DNA of 20,000 nt from the IMG/VR virus record IMGVR_UViG_2049941000_000043; one strand, 5' to 3'. Of the stretch, positions 1-8,982 are shown piece by piece. This DNA is from an uncultured virus (IMG/VR IMGVR_UViG_2049941000_000043) (Duplodnaviria > Heunggongvirae > Uroviricota > Caudoviricetes). Position 1 is the stretch's first letter; each line of letters begins with the position of its first letter. The notes beneath the pieces are model-generated. The model did no database searches, was not told the origin of the DNA, and saw nothing but the letters and a program-made list of their open reading frames with translations. Position numbers and translations under genes: made by a program.

Positions 1-47
1 GAAACATCTCCAGCGTACAGATCATGCCGAGGTGGTGGACGCTATGA
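1..47 (+). CDS. 3' end of distal tail (Dit-like) protein, partial
   Basis: Frame from nt 3 reads NISSVQIMPRWWTL*. A PRW-ending C-terminus is typical of siphophage Dit proteins. The TGA (45-47) overlaps the next ATG (ATGA). Confidence 0.6.
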   Translation, partial: NISSVQIMPRWWTL

Positions 48-1756
48 CCCCTGCACTGTTTGCAGACGGACTGACCACCGCCCCGGCCTCCGGATCTATC
101 GGGATAGGAAGGCTTTCAGACTGTATCTCCTGCAAGGTAGAGCGGGAAATCAACGGGATGTACGAACTGACCATGCAGTATCCTCGGAGCGGTCAGTTCT
201 ACGACTCCATCGCGCTCCGGTCACTCCTGCTGGTTGAGCCTGATCAGATAACCGGCCCGCAACTGTTCCGGGTGTACCGGATAGGCAAGCCCATGAAGGG
301 CATCGTAACAATAAACGCCCGCCACATCTCCTATGACATGGCGGGCTATGTTGTTGAACCGTTCACGGCGCTGTCCATAGCAACGGCGTTGAGCGGCATC
401 ACAGACCACGCCACGCCAGAGTGCCCGTTCTCGTTTTCCACGACCAGGGACACTGCTGCTACGTTCAACGTGAGGCACCCGGATGCCATCTGGTCGCTCA
501 TGGCCGGGCAGGAAGGCTCCCTGCTGGATGTATTCGGCGGCGAGTACGACTTCGATAACTTCTCCGTCACGCTGGAGAACCATCTCGGAACAGACCGGGG
601 CGTGACCATCCGCTACGGAAAGAACCTCAAGGACCTGAAGCAGGAGGAGAACTGTGCGGCGGTCTATACCGATGTATTTCCATACTACTACGACATCACG
701 AACGGCATCCTCGTGACCCTGCCGGAGAAGACGATAGAGGTCGGCGTGACCACGGCCTACGACCGGGTGCTCTCGCTGGATCTGACGGACAGATTCCAGG
801 AACCGCCGACGGAGGACTCCCTCCGGACTGCGGCGGAGAACTACATCGCCACGAACAACCTCGGCGTCCCGGAGGTCAGCCTCACCGTCAACTTCGTCCC
901 GCTGTGGCAGACAGAGGAATACAAGGATGTCGGCCTACTGGAGTCCGTGCAGCTGGGAGACACCGTGACAGTGCAGTTTCCAGAGCTTGGCGTGGATGCT
1001 ACCGCGAGAGCCGTGGCGTTCGTCTATGACTGCCTGAAGGAAAGATACGAATCAGTCACACTCGGCAGAGTGAAAACGAGCCTGGCGGCCATCGTGGCGG
1101 CTCAGGCAAAGGAAATAGAAGACAAGCCCACCGCCAGCCTGGTCGAGCAGATAAGCACCATGCTGTCGCAGGCCATGATGGGCGTGCACGGGGGAGCTGT
1201 GAGACTGGTAGATACGAACGGCGACGGGATGCCGGACGAGCTGTACATAGCAGACTCACCGAACCCGGAGGAGGCCGTCATCGTCTGGCGGTTCAATTAC
1301 CTGGGCTGGGCGGTATCCCAGAGCGGATACAACGGCGACTATGTCATGGGCGCGACCCTGCAGGACGGCCTGCTGGCAAACTTCGTCACAGCGGCGCACC
1401 TGCGAGCCGGCACTATCCAGTCGGCTGACGGCGAGTCGTTCAACTTGGATTTGGACAACGGCATCCTTGAGATGAACGCCCAGTATTTTGCGCTGAACGG
1501 GAACAACCTGGACGATTATTTTCACATCTCGTTCGAGGGCGGCTCTCCGGTCGTTCGCATCGGCTCAAGTTCCAACGGCATCGTGCTGAAGCAGATGAGC
1601 GACCGCATCTCGTTCTGCGACACCGGCGGAAATGAACTCGCCTATTGGAACAACAACAGCTTCCGACTCACGGAACTGCAGTCCTTCCAGCTGGGCAACC
1701 TCGAACTGGTCAGCCAGCCGAACGGCTCTGTGAGCTTCGTCAAGGCATCATCGTAA
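44..1756 (+). CDS. Tail endopeptidase / Tal-like baseplate hub (phage minor structural protein)
   Basis: Motifs 'REINGMYELTMQYP', 'QLFRVYRI', 'GSLLDVFGGEYDFDNF', 'GVTIRYGKNL', 'VQLGDTVTV'. ATG at 44 is coupled to the upstream stop. Confidence 0.85.
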   Translation: MTPALFADGLTTAPASGSIGIGRLSDCISCKVEREINGMYELTMQYPRSGQFYDSIALRSLLLVEPDQITGPQLFRVYRIGKPMKGIVTINARHISYDMAGYVVEPFTALSIATALSGITDHATPECPFSFSTTRDTAATFNVRHPDAIWSLMAGQEGSLLDVFGGEYDFDNFSVTLENHLGTDRGVTIRYGKNLKDLKQEENCAAVYTDVFPYYYDITNGILVTLPEKTIEVGVTTAYDRVLSLDLTDRFQEPPTEDSLRTAAENYIATNNLGVPEVSLTVNFVPLWQTEEYKDVGLLESVQLGDTVTVQFPELGVDATARAVAFVYDCLKERYESVTLGRVKTSLAAIVAAQAKEIEDKPTASLVEQISTMLSQAMMGVHGGAVRLVDTNGDGMPDELYIADSPNPEEAVIVWRFNYLGWAVSQSGYNGDYVMGATLQDGLLANFVTAAHLRAGTIQSADGESFNLDLDNGILEMNAQYFALNGNNLDDYFHISFEGGSPVVRIGSSSNGIVLKQMSDRISFCDTGGNELAYWNNNSFRLTELQSFQLGNLELVSQPNGSVSFVKASS

Positions 1757-1768
1757 GGAGGGAGACAA

Positions 1769-3844
1769 ATGGCAACACTCGCGACAAGCGTCAGATGGGG
1801 GACAGAGACCCCCGCGATATACTTCGATGTCTCCTACACGGCAAGCCGGAGCGGAGCGAACATGGTCTACACGGTCAACGTAGACTTCCAGGCTCTGACG
1901 AACAACTACGGCAGATACTTCGGATACCCCATTTACCTCGACCTCTCTCTGGACGGCGTGGCGAAGGTCACGAAGACCACGGTGAAGAACGCATCACCCG
2001 GCAACTGGAGCGCGGGACAGGTCTACTACCACTCCTCCTCGTTCAGCGTGGCCAAGACCACCGGCACGACTTCGCTGGTCATCAAGATCTACTCCGGAGA
2101 CGGCTCCAGCAGGTCGCAGACGTACACCTACAGCCTCCCGGTATCTCCAGCGGGGTCAGTGCTTTCTCTGCCGTCGTCTGGGTTCACTATCGGGACAAGC
2201 GGTAGTATTTCAATCACACGGTACGACAGCTCATTTACAGACACAGTCGCCTATTCCGTCGGCAGTGCGAGTGGCACGATCACGACCATCTCAAGCGGAG
2301 GATCTACATCGTTCAGCTGGACACCTGCCGTCACTCTGTACTCGCAGATGGGCGGAGCTACGAGCAAGACCGGCACGATCACCGTCACAACCAAGAGCGG
2401 CACGACCACAGTGGGCACGCAGACCTATACATTCACGCTGAATGGCTACGCACCGTCCACGCTGACCTTGCCGTCTTCGTTCACGGTTGGAACAGCCGGA
2501 ACAATTCAAATCACGAGGAACAACACATCATTTTATGATTCTATTGTTTATCGAGTTGGAACAGCAGAGGCAACGATTCGCGACATTTCCTCTGGCGGCT
2601 CTACCTCGTTCTCGTGGACACCGCCCGCTTCTCTGTACTTGCAGATGGTGGGAAAGAGTTCAATAACCGGATATATAGACATATGGACGAGGACATCAAG
2701 CAACGGGACAACGGTAGGGGCGAGGACTTACACGTTCACTCTTTACGCCGCGTCCGTGTACAATCCGCCGACCCTTTCGTTGTCCTACCAAAGAGGCACG
2801 GGGACGGGCAGTGGTTTTGTGGCTTCGGACAACGGGCCGAACATTAAGGTTACGGCTCCCATCACCACCTACGGTGGTCAGACCTCAACGTACACGCTCA
2901 AATTGGATGGCGTTCAGAAGGACAGCTACGCAGGCTTCACATCCGGCACAAGAGTGACCTATATCGAGAACGTATCAACGCAGTCATCTCACACGCTCGT
3001 GGCAAATCTCGTTGACACTCTCGGAATGACGGCAACTTATACTACCTTTGTCTCTCCGGAAGCCGTGCCGATGAATATCAATGTGGATTTGCCCGCCGTC
3101 GCGTTCGGGCAGTTGGCGGAAGTGATAAAAGGCGTGACGATCGCCCCGGATTGGTATATGTACAACAACGGAGTCCCTATGCAGTGGGGGAGCCAGACAT
3201 CTTTGCCGAATGTCCCGACTTCAGAGCCATACGGGCGGTGGCTTGGCTTCACAATCAATACCGCCAAATATTATTTGTATGTTGGCTCGTCAAATGTCCT
3301 GTGGGTAGGAACTGACCTCAACGGAACAGGAACAATCACTTGGATAAAGACAGCTATATCTCAAGCCCTTGACCTTGGTTCAGGAGATCTGAACAACTAC
3401 ACGAGCTTTGGGTGCTACACGCAGAAGTGGAGTGCCAACGCTACTACGGCAAGGAACTATCCCGTTACTTTAGCCGGATACCTTGAGGTTATTCCTCTTT
3501 CAGACAATGCCTATGTCTTACAACGATACACCGCATATGATTCAAGCAGTATTTGGATTCGTGACTACTATAACGGAGCGTGGTCAGCGTGGAACTGTGT
3601 GTTTGGGTTAAAGCAACTTGTGAACGAAGACCTTAACAGCGTTACAAATGCCGGTCACTACTATCAAGCACAGGGGAGCAGAGCGACTACGGCAAACCAT
3701 TATCCACAGGCCGGGGCGGCAGGATTTATGGAGATTATAAAGGCAACTGATAATTTCTTTATGCAGAGATACACGCTGTACGACGGCACGAAAACGTGGG
3801 TGCGGACATACGTCAGCGCATGGAACGCATGGACACAACTATAA
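1769..3844 (+). CDS. Tail fibre / receptor-binding protein (duplicated Ig-like repeat, two C-terminal knob-like repeats)
   Basis: 691 aa, Ser/Thr/Gly-rich, RBS AAGGAGGG. Internal duplicate 'ISSGGSTSFSWTP..LY.QM' and two 'DLN...G.Y......NYP...G.LEV...QRYT.YD....W.R....WS.W' repeats resembling pyocin-knob domains. Confidence 0.8.
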   Translation: MATLATSVRWGTETPAIYFDVSYTASRSGANMVYTVNVDFQALTNNYGRYFGYPIYLDLSLDGVAKVTKTTVKNASPGNWSAGQVYYHSSSFSVAKTTGTTSLVIKIYSGDGSSRSQTYTYSLPVSPAGSVLSLPSSGFTIGTSGSISITRYDSSFTDTVAYSVGSASGTITTISSGGSTSFSWTPAVTLYSQMGGATSKTGTITVTTKSGTTTVGTQTYTFTLNGYAPSTLTLPSSFTVGTAGTIQITRNNTSFYDSIVYRVGTAEATIRDISSGGSTSFSWTPPASLYLQMVGKSSITGYIDIWTRTSSNGTTVGARTYTFTLYAASVYNPPTLSLSYQRGTGTGSGFVASDNGPNIKVTAPITTYGGQTSTYTLKLDGVQKDSYAGFTSGTRVTYIENVSTQSSHTLVANLVDTLGMTATYTTFVSPEAVPMNINVDLPAVAFGQLAEVIKGVTIAPDWYMYNNGVPMQWGSQTSLPNVPTSEPYGRWLGFTINTAKYYLYVGSSNVLWVGTDLNGTGTITWIKTAISQALDLGSGDLNNYTSFGCYTQKWSANATTARNYPVTLAGYLEVIPLSDNAYVLQRYTAYDSSSIWIRDYYNGAWSAWNCVFGLKQLVNEDLNSVTNAGHYYQAQGSRATTANHYPQAGAAGFMEIIKATDNFFMQRYTLYDGTKTWVRTYVSAWNAWTQL

Positions 3845-3857
3845 AGGGGGCGAGTAT

Positions 3858-4109
3858 ATGAACAGCGCAGTCATAGCCGCCCTCATCAGCGGAGCGGCGA
3901 CCATCTTGGTGACCATCATCACCGTCATCTCAACCAACGCGAAGACCAGGAGCGAGATCACCACCAAGCTGGCGGTCCAGGAACAGAAGATCACAACAAT
4001 GACCGATGAGGTCAAAAGGCACAATGATTTCGCATCACGCATCCCGGTGATAGAGGAAAGGGTAAACTCCCTCGATCACCGATTGACAGAACTTGAGAGG
4101 GGGCGGTAA
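3858..4109 (+). CDS. Small membrane protein (N-terminal TM helix plus coiled coil; holin/XhlA-like)
   Basis: Hydrophobic 'AVIAALISGAATILVTIITVI' followed by a heptad-like tail. Lies between the fibre and lysis genes. Confidence 0.55.
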   Translation: MNSAVIAALISGAATILVTIITVISTNAKTRSEITTKLAVQEQKITTMTDEVKRHNDFASRIPVIEERVNSLDHRLTELERGR

Positions 4110-4111
4110 CA

Positions 4112-4447
4112 ATGGTAAAGATTAACGGGAACAGGATCTCCATGACGAGGGGAGACACCATGCAGGCGCAGGTGGAGATCTTCGACGCCTCCGGAGATCC
4201 CTATGAGGTGCAGGAGGGCGACCGCATCCGCTTCGCTATGAAGAGCATGAACAAGGACAGCTGCGGCCAGATCCTGCTGTACAAGGAGATCCCCAACAGC
4301 ACCCTCGTCGTCACGCTCCAGCCGGAAGACACGGAGAACCTTCCGCTCGGAGAGTACGGGTACGACATCGAGCTGACCAAGGCCAACGGCGTGGTGGACA
4401 CCTTCATCGCGGAGGCCAAGATAGAGCTGCGCTGGGAGGCTGATTAA
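4112..4447 (+). CDS. BppU N-terminal-like baseplate protein
   Basis: 'ISMTRGDT...IRFAMK...L.PEDT..LP.GEYGYDIELT...G.VDTFI' pattern. Confidence 0.6.
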   Translation: MVKINGNRISMTRGDTMQAQVEIFDASGDPYEVQEGDRIRFAMKSMNKDSCGQILLYKEIPNSTLVVTLQPEDTENLPLGEYGYDIELTKANGVVDTFIAEAKIELRWEAD

Positions 4448-4722
4448 TGGACGGCAAGTTAACTGGCAGACTTTCAGCAGTGGGTGGTCTTAAGGGTACT
4501 CTCTCTCCTGTCGGCGGTTTGAGAGGAACACTTTCCCTTGGCTCCGGCACGGCAGTACCCTACACCGGCGAGTACGAAGTCACCCCGAAGGCACATCAGG
4601 ATCAGGTCCTGCCGACCAACGGCCTGCTGATGCTGAACGATGTCACGGTCTTTGAGGTGCCGTACTACGAAACCAGTAACCTTTTTGACGGCTTAACCGC
4701 CTACATTGCTTCGGAGGTATAA
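4447..4722 (+). CDS. Hypothetical tail-associated protein
   Basis: Translationally coupled (TAATG). N-terminal 'G.L.G.LS' repeats and 'YTGEYEVTPK...Q.LPT' motif. Confidence 0.6.
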   Translation: MDGKLTGRLSAVGGLKGTLSPVGGLRGTLSLGSGTAVPYTGEYEVTPKAHQDQVLPTNGLLMLNDVTVFEVPYYETSNLFDGLTAYIASEV

Positions 4723-4724
4723 CA

Positions 4725-5312
4725 ATGGCTAACAATCAGTACATCAACAAAGTAATCTTCGGCGGCTCTACTCTTATCGACCTTACCGGCGATACCGTAG
4801 ACGCCGCGCATCTTCTCTCCGGTTCTACCGCTCACGATAAGAGCGGCGCGACCATCACCGGCACTTGCACTTACGATTCTGACACTAGCGACGATACCGC
4901 TGCCGCGTCTGAAATCCTCGCCGGGAAGACCGCCCACGCACGCGGGGCAGAACTCACAGGCACGATGCCGAATAACGGCGCGGTGACCGGCACTATCAGC
5001 ACCAAGTCACAGCAGTACACAATCGCCGCCGGTTATCACGACGGGTCGGGCAAAGTTTCCATCGCCAGCGCGGAGCAGAACAAGATTATCGCCGGGAACA
5101 TCAAAAGCGGCGTGGAGATCCTCGGAGTTACCGGCACATATTCGGGCGAAAGCATCAGCGCCACGGCGGTCAACATCACGCCGTCCACCTCGGCGCAGAC
5201 CATTCTGCCGCCGACGGGATACGACTACATCTCACAGGCGAATGTTGCGGCAATTTCGTATGTGGAAACCGACAATTCCGCTGGAGGAAAAACGGCGACG
5301 ATTGCGGGGTGA
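4725..5312 (+). CDS. Tail-associated / fibre-like protein
   Basis: RBS GGAGGT. 'NKVIFGGSTLIDLTGDT', 'A.EILAGKTA...G..TGTM', 'GNIKSGV.ILGVTGT' motifs common in Bacillota phage accessory fibres. Confidence 0.65.
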   Translation: MANNQYINKVIFGGSTLIDLTGDTVDAAHLLSGSTAHDKSGATITGTCTYDSDTSDDTAAASEILAGKTAHARGAELTGTMPNNGAVTGTISTKSQQYTIAAGYHDGSGKVSIASAEQNKIIAGNIKSGVEILGVTGTYSGESISATAVNITPSTSAQTILPPTGYDYISQANVAAISYVETDNSAGGKTATIAG

Positions 5313-5317
5313 TTTGA

Positions 5318-6658
5318 ATGGCTTCAAATCCCTATGTAAACAAGGTTGTATATGGAAATTCAACCCTGATTGACTTGTCACAGGATACCGCCACGCAAGC
5401 AGATGTCGCACAGGGGAAGTATTTCCACTTGCCCACAGGCGAACGGGTGCAAGGTACTGCATCAGGCGGCGGTGGTACTGGCGGTATCACCCAAGACCAA
5501 GACGGCTACCTTGTCCTGTCCCCAGACGGGGGCGGTGGTGGCGGTGGTGTAGGCATCCCCGTGTTTACGGCAAGATATGACTCAAATTCTGACCTTGAAT
5601 CATTTTCTTGCAGTATGACCTATGCGGAAACATTGGCTTACTTTGACGGAGGAAATCAGGGTTCTGCAAAATTTATAGAATTTGACGAAGACGAAGAAAA
5701 CCCCGGAGAATATTTTGAGTATAGCAATGCTTGCGCAATGGATATAGACGATTGGGAAGCACAAACCCCAAACATAATATGCAGAACAGTTGATGCCTAT
5801 GGTTTTCCTGTCGCAGAATTTACATACTATCCGAATGGAACGCTTTCCACCCCGGACACCGCAGACATTTACGAGTTTCCGACATTAACGCAAAATGGGA
5901 ACTACTATCCAACGCAAGGGAAAGTGTATTCGGGTGTGTATGTTAATGTAACAGGCGCAAGTGACCCCAATTTTAAGGCTGTGATTGCGAGGACGAGTGC
6001 TACACCAACTCTGCCAAGCGATTTGACAACAATTGGAGCGTATGCGTTTTATAGTTATGATACACTTGCAATTACTGCTTTGCCAAGTTCTGTAACATCA
6101 ATAGGAATGTTTGCGTTTTACGGCTGTCACAACTTGGCATTGACAACATTGCCAAGCACTATAACATCAATAGGTACATCTGCATTTCAAGATTGTGAAA
6201 ATTTGACAACAATAACTTGCAACGGAATTATAACAAACCTTGGCAGTAAATGTTTTAATGGTTCGTCTTCACATCCAATGTCATTGCAAACGGCTCACTT
6301 CCCTTATTTAGCAACAGCGAGTAATTTTCCACAGGCTTTTGGTTCTCCAAGTGCTTCGACTGCTTGTAAGCAATTAACATTGCTTGATATTGGGTCTCCT
6401 AACGGAATTGCTGCCGGAGCATTTAATTATTGCAGTAAGTTGCAAACACTAATAATACGGCGAACATCTGTTTGTTCACTTGCTAATGTTAGTGCTTTTG
6501 GATACACTCCGTTCCGTGGAGAAGGTGGGTTAACTGGAACTGTATATGTGCCGTCATCGTTAATTTCTTCGTATCAAACGGCGACAAACTGGAAAACACT
6601 ATATGATGCCGGTACACTAACATTTTCTGCTATTGAAAATAGCATATATGAATTGTAA
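5318..6658 (+). CDS. Fibre-like protein with BspA-type leucine-rich repeats (LRR_5)
   Basis: Repeats 'LPSDLTTIGAYAFYSY', 'LPSSVTSIGMFAFYGC', 'LPSTITSIGTSAFQDC' and the C-cap 'VYVPSSLISSYQTATNW'. N-terminus is paralogous to the 4725 ORF. Confidence 0.85.
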   Translation: MASNPYVNKVVYGNSTLIDLSQDTATQADVAQGKYFHLPTGERVQGTASGGGGTGGITQDQDGYLVLSPDGGGGGGGVGIPVFTARYDSNSDLESFSCSMTYAETLAYFDGGNQGSAKFIEFDEDEENPGEYFEYSNACAMDIDDWEAQTPNIICRTVDAYGFPVAEFTYYPNGTLSTPDTADIYEFPTLTQNGNYYPTQGKVYSGVYVNVTGASDPNFKAVIARTSATPTLPSDLTTIGAYAFYSYDTLAITALPSSVTSIGMFAFYGCHNLALTTLPSTITSIGTSAFQDCENLTTITCNGIITNLGSKCFNGSSSHPMSLQTAHFPYLATASNFPQAFGSPSASTACKQLTLLDIGSPNGIAAGAFNYCSKLQTLIIRRTSVCSLANVSAFGYTPFRGEGGLTGTVYVPSSLISSYQTATNWKTLYDAGTLTFSAIENSIYEL

Positions 6659-6670
6659 GGGGGCGAGTAA

Positions 6671-7564
6671 ATGTCAGATACATTAGAAATCTTCGGTCAG
6701 GAATGGACAGGAGTAACAGGCTTCAAAGCCACAGACGATAATGACCTTATCAAGACTTTCATTCGCCCACAGGGGGCAGTATCCATCACAGCCAACGGAA
6801 CGGGGATAGATGTAAGTCAGTACGCTTCGGCTGATGTAGCCGTGCCGGAAACCAACTTTGTTGTTACTGTTTCGTGGAACAGCACAACGCAGAGGTGGGA
6901 GCCGAATAAGACTTTTTCCGAAATACAGACCGCCTACAATGCCGGGAAGACAATAGCAGTAGTTTCAAGCGAACAATCTGGGGACAGTGCGGTTGACGGC
7001 GAATACCACACGGGAACAAATCCATATTTTGAATACTGGGTTCGCAAGTATATGGACGGGTATAGCCCTCAAACGATAAGGGAGACAGGGTATCATCTCA
7101 CATCAACAGGGATTAACACAGAGGACGATATAAACTATATTCGCCCAACAGGCAACCTTGCTATCACGCAGAACGGCAACAACATAGATGTCGCCAATTA
7201 CAGCACCGTCTCCGTCAATGTCAGCGGTTCAAGCAAGAACGCACAGGCGGTGACATCCACAACCCGTGTGACTTCCACTTCCCTGACTGCTTGTAGTGGT
7301 ACGATAACAGTTGCCAAGACGGGAACATACGATGTCTACTGGTCAACCCACAGAACATCCACTTCAGGTTCGTGGTCATCCCGTCTGTACGTCAACAACA
7401 CAGCAAGCGGAACAGAACAGACAAGCGGATGGAGCAACCACGTCCAGCCGATACATCTTACCAATGTTTCGTTGACAGCCGGACAGACCATCAGAGTGTA
7501 CGCAAAGAGCAGGGGCAGTAACTACTATGCCTATGTTCCGCTGCTGGCCATCATTGAATCGTGA
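6671..7564 (+). CDS. Hypothetical fibre-like protein
   Basis: 297 aa. Internal repeat 'IRPQGAVSITANGTGIDVSQYASADVAV' / 'IRPTGNLAITQNGNNIDVANYSTVSVNV'; beta-rich C-terminal domain. Confidence 0.65.
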   Translation: MSDTLEIFGQEWTGVTGFKATDDNDLIKTFIRPQGAVSITANGTGIDVSQYASADVAVPETNFVVTVSWNSTTQRWEPNKTFSEIQTAYNAGKTIAVVSSEQSGDSAVDGEYHTGTNPYFEYWVRKYMDGYSPQTIRETGYHLTSTGINTEDDINYIRPTGNLAITQNGNNIDVANYSTVSVNVSGSSKNAQAVTSTTRVTSTSLTACSGTITVAKTGTYDVYWSTHRTSTSGSWSSRLYVNNTASGTEQTSGWSNHVQPIHLTNVSLTAGQTIRVYAKSRGSNYYAYVPLLAIIES

Positions 7565-7571
7565 GGTGCGT

Positions 7572-7802
7572 ATGAGCAATAAAGCGTTTGACATCATCAG
7601 ACTGATCGGCGAATTGATTTTGCCGTCGCTGGCGACCTGTTACGCGGCCCTGGGAGCGATCTGGGGCTGGCCATACATAGAGGCCGTGGTCGGCTCTGCC
7701 GCCGCTGTGACGGCCTGCATCGGGGCTATCGTCAACGGCCTGCGGAAAGCCTACAGCAAGAAGGAGGAGAACAATGAAGAAGATATATCTGAGTCCGAGT
7801 AA
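7572..7802 (+). CDS. Holin
   Basis: RBS GAGGTG, ATG 7572. 'LILPSLATCYAALGAIWGWPY...VVGS' with two hydrophobic segments and a charged tail. Overlaps the endolysin start. Confidence 0.85.
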   Translation: MSNKAFDIIRLIGELILPSLATCYAALGAIWGWPYIEAVVGSAAAVTACIGAIVNGLRKAYSKKEENNEEDISESE

Positions 7803-8700
7803 CCAGACCGGCAACAAGTTCATCACCGGCAGCACGAGCGAGGGGGCCGTCTGGTACGATATTGCGGTCCGGCTCCAGAAACTGCTCGGCGAGTACAACT
7901 GCGAAACAAAGCTCTCCAAGCCTTCCCAGACGCTCGGCGTACGAGCCGGCGAGGCGAAGGCGTGGGGAGCTGATGTTTACATCGCGATGCATTCCAACGC
8001 CGCCGGAACGGCGAACAAGGGGGCGCACGGTGTGGAGGTCTACTACGACTCGAACAAGGGCGCGAAGACGAAACAGCTCGCGCAGGATGTCCTGGATCAG
8101 CTGAAGACGCTCTTCACGAGCAGAGGCCTGAAGACATCCAGCAAGCTCATTGACTGCTACAAACCCGCCATGCCATCCATCATCGGCGAGTGCGGATTCC
8201 ATGACAACAAGGCAGACGCGTTGTTAATTCTGAACAACAAGGACAAGATCGCACAGCTGTACTGCAACGCGCTCGTGAAGTACCTGGGCCTGACGAAGAA
8301 GAGCGCACCCGCTCCGGAGCCGGAGAAGCCTGCCGCCGAAGTGATCCTCACCGCCGGCGCGGAGCTGGAGCTGTCCAAAGAGCCGCTCTACGTCTCCGCC
8401 TCCGCCGCCGTGAGATCCAGCACGATCTCCGGCAAGTATTTCTTCTGGGGCGGTTCCGTGGTGAACGGAAGAATCCGCATCACGAACAGCAAGAGCCGCG
8501 TGGGGATCTCCGGACAGGTCACCGGTTGGATCAACGTCCCGCAGGTGATCGTGATGTACAAGGTCAAGGCAGGGGACACCCTGGGCAAGATCGCGACGGC
8601 GTACCACATCACGCTGAAGGAGCTGCTGGCGGCGAATCCGCAGATCAAGAACCCAGACGTGATCCACGTCGGGGAGCTTATCAAGATCCCGGTGAAATAA
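7774..8700 (+). CDS. Endolysin: N-acetylmuramoyl-L-alanine amidase (Amidase_3) with C-terminal LysM
   Basis: 'KIYLSPS', 'ADVYIAMHSNA', 'G.EVYY', 'IGECGFHDN'; proline-rich linker; LysM 'YKVKAGDTLGKIA...LLAANPQIKNPDVIHVGELIKIP'. Confidence 0.9.
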   Translation: MKKIYLSPSNQTGNKFITGSTSEGAVWYDIAVRLQKLLGEYNCETKLSKPSQTLGVRAGEAKAWGADVYIAMHSNAAGTANKGAHGVEVYYDSNKGAKTKQLAQDVLDQLKTLFTSRGLKTSSKLIDCYKPAMPSIIGECGFHDNKADALLILNNKDKIAQLYCNALVKYLGLTKKSAPAPEPEKPAAEVILTAGAELELSKEPLYVSASAAVRSSTISGKYFFWGGSVVNGRIRITNSKSRVGISGQVTGWINVPQVIVMYKVKAGDTLGKIATAYHITLKELLAANPQIKNPDVIHVGELIKIPVK

Positions 8701-8735
8701 GATCCAACGCTTCCAACGCCTTGGATGTGTTGGGA

Positions 8736-8759
8736 TCACTGCACACGAAATTGCACACG
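8736..8759 (+). repeat. Integrase arm-type site pair (left of att core)
   Basis: TCACTGCACACGAAATTGCACACG, 23/24 identical to 8947-8970. Each copy contains two tandem GCACACG units. Confidence 0.75.
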
Positions 8760-8795
8760 CGAGGCTTGAAACCCGCATAAAATAAGGATTTTAGT

Positions 8796-8822
8796 TGGGT
8801 TCAAGTCCCATCTCTCGCACCA
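8796..8822 (+). mobile_element. attP core: 3' end of a tRNA gene (T-arm, acceptor 3' strand, CCA), probably tRNA-Leu
   Basis: TGGGTTCAAGTCCCATCTCTCGCACCA: T-stem/loop, acceptor strand CTCTCGC, discriminator A, CCA. No 5' half of a tRNA upstream. Lies between the lysin and the integrase 3' end. Confidence 0.85.
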
Positions 8823-8828
8823 TATAGG

Positions 8829-8869
8829 AAAAACCCGCAGGCCATAACGGTTTGCGGGCTTTTTTCTTT
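8829..8869. terminator. Bidirectional intrinsic terminator
   Basis: AAAAA-CCCGCAGGCC-ATAAC-GGTTTGCGGG-CTTTTTT hairpin with A/T tracts on both sides, between convergent lysin and integrase genes. Confidence 0.75.
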
Positions 8870-8946
8870 GCTTGGAACGGGTTACAGACCGCCACTTTTG
8901 ACGGAATACCGACAAATCTGTCGCCTACACAGCCAACCCTGTCGGT

Positions 8947-8970
8947 TCACTGCACACGAAATCGCACACG
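8947..8970 (+). repeat. Integrase arm-type site pair (right of att core)
   Basis: TCACTGCACACGAAATCGCACACG, direct repeat of 8736-8759. Confidence 0.75.
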
Positions 8971-8982
8971 AAAATCCCATTT

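Noticed and set aside
1769..7564. Diversity-generating retroelement or invertase shufflon acting on the fibres
   Set aside because: No reverse transcriptase, no TR/VR pair differing at adenines, and no invertase or inverted cassettes seen in the window.
8780..8822. Complete tRNA gene
   Set aside because: Only the T-arm and 3' acceptor strand are present; no D-arm, anticodon arm or 5' acceptor strand.
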